Shown here: one piece after another, positions 24,110 to 32,000 of the stretch
Layout of the letters: each line of letters opens with the position of its first letter
How positions within the stretch are numbered: position 1 is the first letter of the stretch
From: Rotaria magnacalcarata
Lineage: Eukaryota
Length of the DNA: 32,000 nt
Reading direction: 5' to 3'
Assembly (NCBI GenBank): GCA_965120345.2
Contig: CBCPNL020000220.1
Location: 71,340-103,339, forward strand
Program-made: the position numbers and the translations under genes
Notes under the pieces: generated by a model
What the model saw: the letters and a program-made list of their open reading frames with translations, nothing else
Databases searched by the model: none
What the model was told of the DNA's origin: nothing

Positions 24110-26570
24110 CTCTTTGTCTCGTTTCATGATTTTGACAATGGGAGACAAATCGAAAAACTGGTATGTGACATAATGATATCTTGCCTGCTGCTAATTAAAA
24201 GAACGCATCGCTAACTATCATTGCGTTCCGACTCTAACCGAAAAGCACCTCTTAACATTGTACTCTATTATTTGCATTGGTTGCTGCAGGTTGTAACTGA
24301 AATATTATACTTAAACCAATTTATTCGCTCGTAATGTTGCTAGAAAAAAATTCAGTCGATTCATCGTTATCTCTATCATGACAGAATAGTGATGCTGCAA
24401 TTTCTATCCTCTACGACATAAATAATTAATGTTGAAGATACTCCTTTCTTCTTCGAATCATGAATCATAGAAACCTCATTGACGTTGTCACTACTGAATC
24501 TAGAATAATATGTCAGTTTGTTAATTTTGTTTGACTAATTTTGATTTAACCTTGAAGCATGTTTTTCAAAGTTAACTTGAACGCTGCGAAAATCGTTTTT
24601 AGTGAATTTAATAAGTATCGCACAATTGCACTTAAGGAAATACTATCTATGTAGGTTTATCAGTTGGTGTAGGTAGAGTTGTAATTGTATAATCTGACAA
24701 TAGGTGATCATGCTACATATGAAATAAGGTTTTCATATAGATAGACATGGCATCGAAAAGTTATGAAATTTTTTCATTCGAATATTCTAATTTTATAATT
24801 AGCTATCGACGAAATTTTTGGATTCAAGAACAAAAAAATTAATAATTATAATTGCGTAGTGAATCGATAGTATCCAGTTTCAGAATAGATTCACAGACTG
24901 ATAATTAAGAGGGTTATTTAAATTCTCGTATCTATTTGAATTCATTTAACTTGCAGTATAAAGTATGTGCAATCAATCATCCATTGATTGTACCAAGGCT
25001 TCTGTAATTTGTTCATTATGAACAGTTTGTATATCAGACTAGTTTTTGAATAAAATAGAAAGTGACCAAAGATGTAACCTCATGAATTCTACATGCGAGT
25101 TGATGTTTATAAATTAAACTCAACGGTACGTTAATGTTAGTTGTTGACAAATTTGATTTTTTTCATATTCATGGTTTTACTTGTATTTACTTGGTTGGTT
25201 GATTCTTCAAGAATATCGAAATTAAGAATTTGTTTTTGTAACATGACTATGAGTACCAATAACAAAATAGATAGCTAATCATGTATTCAAAATAAACGGT
25301 CTAAATGATTGGGCGGAGTGTTTGAAAAATATGATACCAAAAAAGAAGCATCATGTTATTCTTTCACAGTACAAAAATAATAGTTCACATCATTAATTAG
25401 TGAAACAAAATTTATCAAGCACACTAAGATTTTTTTGTTTCGGTTGACAATCAATGTTTAGTATTTGGCAACTAAGTTTTAAAAATCTTTGATAAAAAAT
25501 TCATTTCAATAAGAAACTATATTTATAAATCTAATTTATACTGTATTTAGTAAGTATTATCAATTAGATAGATGAACGTTTTTTACTAAAAGTAAAAAAT
25601 CTTCATGTAGCTGGTACAAAGAAACATCATCCCAAAATGTATCTACGATAGTGAGCTACATCTATTAAAATAATTTTGAACATTCATTATATTGAATAAA
25701 TGACAGTGACAGATCTCAAATCTATAGAAAAAAAGAACATATTTTTATTATGCAAGATCAATCAATATTTTAAAACATGGTTTTATTTTCAAACACTTAG
25801 CTCAATTAAGATATCGTGTCTTTCGAATATCCATGTCAATACTATTCTTGCACCAAACAAGCTCATAGGACGGTACACGTTCAGCTAACTATTCGTGGTT
25901 TTTTCATGAGGTTTACTAGAATATAGGTTGTTTAACTATGTAAAGTCTGAAAATATAACCATAGAAAATTTCCTGAATTCTATATCTGATTTTTTTTCTA
26001 CACTTCTATAGCTTTTGCTGAATTTGTGTTTCATTATTTTAAATCATTGAGCATATCACTTAGTCTAAAATACAAAAATCTTTTTTTTTTAATCATTTCT
26101 ACCTTTGAAGAACCTCTAACTGTTTAGTTAATAAAAAAAAAGATAGTGCATATGAGTATTGCAACCAAAAATGTTCAGAAGGATATCCTTTGACTTAAAA
26201 CACATTTTTGAAACAGAGCAAATTATTAAAATTTTGTCATCTTGCAGAATTCTCTAACTTAACTATGTTAAAAAGAATTTTAAAAAATACTCTCCAGCCT
26301 AGAAAACTAACACATCAATACCTGTGTGGGATGCCCATGGTTTACGTATACTCTGAATGGATATAATCTACAAATCTTAATCAAGTACTATTCGACGAAT
26401 TCAAAAACATTTTCTCATTACTGTATATTCAAAATTACTGTAAATCAAAAGATTTCTACGAAATTAAAACAATGAATAGATCATGTTTTTTCAGCATGGA
26501 CGAAAATCAAAAAGAACTATTCCTTCAAACTATCACGAATACGATTATGTAAGTATAAGAATGTAATTAA

Positions 26571-27454
26571 GGGGAACCCTCCCCCCCCCCCTCTTCAGGA
26601 ATCGCTTTTCGTTATTCGTAGACCGATTTGTCTGAAATTTTTAGGCAATGTGGGTGTTGTGTTAACTCAATTTCTTGCAAATTTGTGGCTCATATTTTTT
26701 TTTGCTTTCAAGAGTTATTCACAAATTAGTCCCCAAAATGGTGATTCTCGTAAGGTACCCATTTTTCGAACTGCCACAGACGCAGAGAGCTACCTCTTTT
26801 AAAATAAAACAAGAAGCCTATGTCTAGAAATGTATGTAGCGTTTTTTCTAAAAATCGATTTTGTTCGGATTTCCGAGACATTCTACTGCAAGAACTCGGA
26901 ATTTAGTGCTTTTTGACATCACTGTTATCCAGTTATCTCGGCAAAGAAATCAAATTTCGAAAAAACGCTACATACATTTCTAGATATAGGTTTCTTTTTT
27001 TATTCAAAAAAAAATAGCTCGCTAGCTCTTATGCAGTATGAGAAATCGGTTACGAACTCTCCCAAAAAAGTGATTTTAAGAAAACGAATAAACAAGTTGT
27101 ATGAAACAATTTTTTATTTCACTATGACTGTCACGACATCTATACGGTAATTTCGTCATGTGTACAGGATTTTAAGTAGAGATGACTACGTTCCACTAAT
27201 TAATTAATATAACAGAACGCATATTTGTTTCTCATTAGATAGATCTACCAGTTTGTGGACCAATATCACATCGCCGTAATTAAGGAAATTTTCTGTAAAA
27301 CCTTATATTTTTACTAGTGCTCCCAGAAAACCGCTATTTTCACCGCCAAAAACCGTTTAAACTGCGACGAATCGCACATAATCTGAAAGAGGACACTTTG
27401 GGCTTTCATTATATGTGCTTATCTCAAAATCGATTTTCTGATTGGGGGTTCCCC
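26571..27454. mobile_element. Non-autonomous DNA-transposon/MITE-like element, 884 bp, flanked by TTAA on both sides
   Basis: Left end ATTAA|GGGGAACCCTCC..., right end ...GGGGGTTCCCC|TTAAT. Terminal inverted match is ATTAAGGGGAACCC (14 bp including flank); TTAA sits at 26567-26570 and 27455-27458. No transposase ORF inside. Confidence 0.65.
26785..27031. repeat. Large imperfect inverted repeat (foldback) inside the TTAA-flanked element
   Basis: Left arm around 26785-26865 (AGAGCTACC...AAGAAGCCTATGTCTAGAAATGTATGTAGCGTTTTTTCTAAAAATCGATTTT). Right arm around 26946-27031, whose reverse complement is AGAGCTAGCGAGCTA...AAAGAAACCTATATCTAGAAATGTATGTAGCGTTTTTTCGAAATTTGATTTC. The core TCTAGAAATGTATGTAGCGTTTTTTC is exact. 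Confidence 0.85.
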
Positions 27455-27647
27455 TTAATCAAGACTTCTTCGATGTAAATTGAATATATTATCGTAGTTC
27501 ATCGCCTATATTTAAAATTTGAATAAATAAGTAGTTTACATAAATGTGTACATATATATTATAATTCTACTTTCATATTTTCTCAGTACACACAGTGTAT
27601 ACGCTTATAAAAAAAAGCTAACTTCAACAAACTACACTCAAGCACAC

Positions 27648-27650
<3 letters not shown>

Positions 27651-27680
<30 letters not shown>
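27651..27680 (+). repeat. (TA)n microsatellite downstream of the OTU gene
   Basis: AATATATATATATATATATATATATATATA. Confidence 0.9.
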
Positions 27681-27682
<2 letters not shown>

Positions 27683-27823
27683 AATGAATCCCACAAGGAA
27701 AAGAAAGTAGAAGTCTCTATTTCACAAACAAAAAATAGATAGATAGATCTAGTAAATTTACAAGAGTTAAATTTTCAACTGAAACAAAAAAAAATAGAAA
27801 CAAAACAAAATCACACACACAGT

Positions 27824-30800
27824 TCAAATTAGCTGTTGAAAAGGAAAACGTTGGGGTGTTTGGTGATTAGATAACATAAAATAAGGTGGTGGTTGTAGTG
27901 GTGGCAGCGGCGGAGGAGGAGCAGTAGGAATCCATTGAGTAAACGGTGTTGGCGGCGACGATGAATAAAAAAAAGGAAGTTTTGGTGATGGTTGTTGTTG
28001 AGGAGACATCATGTTTTGTCCAGTAGGCAAAAAAACATTTGTGCCATTAGGTGAACAATTCATTGAATCCATGCAAACACGTGGTATCATCGAGATTGGA
28101 TGAAATCCTAATGAATATAACATTAGTGATTAAAAAAGAAGAAAAGAGATGAGAAAATATTTTACCGGAAACATGCTGTTGTTGTCCTGAACCAATCAAT
28201 GAATGTGGTGGAGTCTATTTTTTAAAATAGTGTTTCAGAAGAAAATTCTATTGAGAAAGAAAAAACATACCATAATGACGAATGGAGCTTGGCCAGCAAA
28301 AAGTCTGAAAATATTCACATCCAAATTTCATTCATTGAAAATTTTGAAAAATAATAATACATACTTGTTCGATGAAACATCATTCATCATGTTTTGTTGT
28401 ATTTGTTCATTGATTAGTCTTGGTGAAATTTGTTGTGGAAAAAAGACAGTCGGTTGAATATATTGTTGTTGTTCACCTAATGATTGTTGAGGATACTGAT
28501 TGAGAAAAACTGTTGACATTGGTGCTAATATTGGATACGATGAACTGTCATTTGTACTTGTATTACTACTTAAACTTCCATTCAATGACAAAGTATCTAT
28601 ATTAGATGAATTTATTGTTGCTGAATATCCAGGAAAATAATTTGTTGGATTTGTTGTCCATTCATAATGATCGGTAACATTAACACTGAGACGATGATGC
28701 AATTGCATTTGATCAGAATTATTAATTGGCATTACTATTGGCATTGTTTGATGAGAAGCAGTAGATGGAGAAATCCAATTCGAATTTGATGAATAATTTT
28801 CAAGAGGAGGTGAACATAGAACAGTTTGACTAGATGGTGACATCAATGGTGGATATGAACGAAAACTAAATTTACAAAGTGTACTGTTTTATTTTAAAAT
28901 ATCCGTTAAATGAACATCATTAGTGCCTAGTACACAATATTTTATCCAACTGAATGTTGTTGTTCAATGAAATATTGGCTCAGTCTTTCTGAACTTTTCA
29001 ATCACTGATTAGACATGAAAATTTTGAATACAAAACGGTTAACACCTATTATGTAATCTTCGAAAACTAATTAATTAAACTTGTTTTTTTCTGGTTAGTG
29101 CCACGATCAAGGTACAAACATATTTATTAATAGAAGTGTCTTGAGCAGATGAGTAGCTTGCAAGTATAAGACGTTTTTTATTTTATCGCAGCAGGAATCC
29201 AATTCTTGTATACTTTTTTTCATTCACTCACTTCCGTCCGTGTATTTATTTTCAACGAAAAGCATATCTTTCGATAGATCTTGATTATCATCAAAAACCT
29301 TCGATTGTAATGTTAACCATTACAAATCATCCATAATTACTTACACTTTAATAAGAAAAATATTCACTACTCTCAACTGTTTGAGAAGAGTTCTTGCTAC
29401 TCATCAAACTTGATAAAATTTACTTTTTACCGTGCACCAGATTTTATTTATACTTACAATTGAACGGGTCGATTGTTTCCATAATCTACAATTTGTTGCC
29501 GTTGTCTTCGTGATGAACGTTCTTCAAAAAATTGTAAACTTGCATCCACTACATTGAAATTGAAATGAAAAATTTTCTTTTCAGTAAACCACTAACCACT
29601 TACAACACGGTTTCAATTTTCGATGCATATTTGTATGACGTTTTAATTGAGCAAATGTAACTGGACGACGACCAAGTGAAGCAGGAAATTCTAACATTTT
29701 TTCACCAATCGTTTTAGTCCTATGAAGAAAGAAAAGCATACAGAAGGTTTCCTATAAATTGAAATGAAAAAAGAGACTAACATTGAACCAAATTTAACAA
29801 GATAAACATTATGCATATTTGTATCAGCATCTTCGCCGACATAATAAGCAAATAGTTCATCGGAATTCGATAAAGTAACAATGACTCGTCGACAATCTGG
29901 TGGATTTATGTAAGAAACAGGCAAATGCATTTTAACGCCTACAAAGATAGAACAAAACAAGTCTTATTAACTATATATAATTTTCACTTTTTTTCTTTAC
30001 CAAATCTTTCAATTAATCGATTATGTGTCATAAATGGAATATGTTGATGTTGTTTGACAATATTTTTATCAAAATATTTTTTAAAATGATCATTCATATA
30101 AACATCATACGCAACATTTCGATAAATAGCTGGTTCAAATGCTTTGGCTGTACGATATGGTACAGGTATTAATTCATGATTTGCTTTCTTTTCTGTTCGA
30201 TCTGAATGTCTAAAGATAGAAATTTATTTCATGGGATTAATCGATTCAAATTGGAATCCCTTCTGCATTCTTACTTTTGCATGCTTGCTCCTTTAACGCC
30301 ATAATAAAGTGTATCAGATTTTCTTAACATGGCCTTCGCTTGCTCAACTACTTTTGGTTGATTAAATACTTCACTGTAGAGAAATTTGTAAACATAAGCT
30401 AAAACAAAAACAAAATGATTAATATTTTCTGGAATATCAAAGAAAATATTTAATTGCTTAGAATGATGTCATATTGCTTAGTGATATTGTTCAAATGGAG
30501 ATGTACATGACCAATTACTAATGAGTACACTGACTATTTTTAGAAATAAGACTACTGTAGAGATTGGTACTGTAAAATTAAAATTACTATGACGTACTAG
30601 TGAGTTTTTAAAACAGATTAAAACTCATCGTTCTAGCACTGTTAATAACAAAGGTCTTCAGTCATTGAACTTTTTTGTAACAAAAATTCAATGAAGAACT
30701 ATTTTGTTTTCTCTCTGATTTGTAATGACACAAAGAAGAGTCTTAGAAATAATTTCAGCTATTCGAACAAATAAATGGTTCCTTTCGATTCATTGTAGAA

Positions 30801-31972
30801 AAAAAATTAAATAACGATAAATACTACTCCAGAATAACTTTCTGTAATCATCTACTCGTAACCAATCATTGGATAAAGCAGGCTGGTGATATCAGGAAAC
30901 CTATCGTCAGAGTAAGTCTCATTGGAAATTGAACACACTAATCCTTTAAATTATTGAACAGCACTCATCAGTACCCAGTAAAGTAATTATCTATGTTTGA
31001 AAATATACACTAACTAGACATAGCATTTATTTAAATATTTCTCCTCAAGTTTAAATTCTCTTGTAGAAATAATTTAACACGGTTATATAATTACTGCGAG
31101 TAATCTTGTCAAAACATCACACACATTTGCTTTTCAAATTCGTATTTATTTTTCGCAAATTTTTGGATAACATTTCTCACGAAAAGTCAAAAAAGCGTAC
31201 CTTGTACAATGCCTAAAAGTCGGCGCCGTTCTTCTGTAATAACTCGATCAAATTGATAACCAATTAATGAAAGCATAATTATTCTTGAACCATACTGACA
31301 TTCAACAGGATCCCGATCTTTACCAGAGTAAACAATAATATGAACACTAAATAAACAATATTAGATTTGTTGAACCAAAAACAAGATTTGTTTTTCTCGT
31401 ACCGATAACATTGTGCGAGTGCTTCCACTTCAAGCATGCCACCTGGTGTCTATAAGAAAGGAAGAGAGATTTTTTTATCAGAATTTTTAATCAACTTACT
31501 GTTGGATCTTTTAAATGTGTTAAATATTTTGATAATGACATTGTAATTAACTAAAAAACAACAATGTATGTTCAAAAACAGAAAGAAAATAAATTTATTA
31601 CTGGACTATATTCATTTGCATGCAACTCTATATGTTCAATACATTTTAATCGAACATCATAATGATGAACTTGGGTTGAGAATAGCTAAAATAAAAGAAG
31701 AAAATGAAATATTCAAAACTCAAGTTTCTTTAGTATTTGCATTTTTTTACATCTTCTGACACAGCACGAAATAAACTTGATCCATCTAAATAGAGAATAA
31801 CAAAAAGAATACTAAAAATATCTTTAATCTTTTTTTTCTTCTTTAAACCTTGTGGAATACGTTTTCTCCAAAGTCCATGATGTTCAAGATATCTATCCAT
31901 AGAAGTATCAAGACTGCCAATAGTATGTTCTTCTTGTTCATCGTCCATATCTCGATGCTCTTGTCGTTCCAT
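27824..31972 (-). CDS. OTU-domain protein, OTUD4/ALG13/Drosophila Otu-like; probably catalytically inactive OTU fold plus low-complexity Q/N/S/P-rich C-terminus; 15 exons, 683 aa
   Basis: Exons (window coordinates, minus strand, 5'->3'): 31972-31849, 31785-31751, 31685-31602, 31550-31500, 31449-31403, 31346-31201, 30398-30275, 30209-30001, 29938-29782, 29719-29604, 29548-29458, 28865-28365, 28304-28271, 28214-28166, 28107-27824. Every intron is GT...AG, the phases chain without a break, and total coding length is 2052 nt = 684 codons including the TGA stop. Protein begins MERQEHRDMDDEQEEHTIGSLDTSMDRYLEHHGLWRKRIPQDGSSLFRAVSEDLFSTQVHHYDVRLKCIEHIELHANEYSPLITMSLSKYLTHLKDPTTPGGMLEVEALAQCYRVHIIVYSGKDRDPVECQYGSRIIMLSLIGYQFDRV. 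This matches the OTU pattern YL...GL.RK...KDGSCLFRA...H...VR...Y...L...E..AL...Y...I.VY...GxHYD.V. Downstream PYRTAKAFEPAIYRNVAYDVY resembles the post-OTU region of OTUD4. Confidence 0.9.
29604..29938 (-). other. Possible degenerate Tudor-like segment downstream of the OTU domain
   Basis: Spliced exons 9-10 translate to GVKMHLPVSYINPPDCRRVIVTLSNSDELFAYYVGEDADTNMHNVYLVKFGSMTKTIGEKMLEFPASLGRRPVTFAQLKRHTNMHRKLKP. Position matches where OTUD4/ALG13/Otu carry a Tudor domain; the sequence match itself is weak. Confidence 0.35.
31201..31866 (-). other. OTU domain coding segment (spans exons 1-6, approximate limits)
   Basis: Translated spliced segment RKRIPQDGSSLFRAVSEDLFSTQVHHYDVR ... LEVEALAQCYRVHIIVYS ... 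RIIMLSLIGYQFDRV has the spacing of family OTU domains; the Asp-Gly-Ser-x and Gly-x-x-[YF]-Asp landmarks are recognisable. Confidence 0.85.
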
Positions 31973-32000
31973 TATTAAATTTAATTATTTGTTTTTTTTT

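Noticed and set aside
27600-27823. Polyadenylation signal for the OTU gene (ATTAAA on the minus strand near 27648-27653)
   Set aside because: Only a variant hexamer next to a (TA)n repeat in AT-rich sequence; too weak to call.
29691-29960. ORF 89 aa read as a single exon ending KKC*
   Set aside because: It reads through an intron; splicing at the GTTAGT donor below 29782 and acceptor above 29719 restores the correct frame (FGSM-TKTIGEKMLEFP).
1-32000. CRISPR array, toxin-antitoxin, phage-defence or other prokaryotic system
   Set aside because: No regularly spaced repeats, no operon-like ORFs, and clear spliceosomal introns; this is eukaryotic DNA.

Overview
AT-rich eukaryotic, probably metazoan genomic DNA. 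The intron style and codon preference would suit a rotifer-like invertebrate, but that is low-confidence inference. Two genes can be reconstructed exon by exon with consistent GT-AG sites and reading phases. (1) A 15-exon minus-strand gene (27824-31972, 683 aa) encodes an OTU-domain protein of the OTUD4/ALG13/Drosophila Otu type, with a Q/N/S/P-rich C-terminal tail. In my alignment from memory, both catalytic positions are changed: DGSC is DGSS and the G-x-H-[YF]-D His is Gln, so it looks like a pseudo-deubiquitinase. (2) A plus-strand EF-hand protein gene has exons at 10353-11583 and an alternative phase-compatible first exon at 6316-6454, about 4.4 kb upstream behind its own TATA/GA-repeat promoter-like block. 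A third locus (20568-21157, minus) is an unidentified coiled-coil-like ORF broken by one apparent frameshift. Two non-autonomous-looking elements with terminal inverted repeats were found: 26571-27454, flanked by TTAA, with a large internal foldback; and 23465-24109, flanked by TA, with TIRs of about 40 bp. Most of the rest (1-5100, 12000-20500, 21300-27500) shows no convincing coding signal. Nothing here resembles a CRISPR, toxin or other defence system. The most notable candidate is the double-mutant OTU protein.
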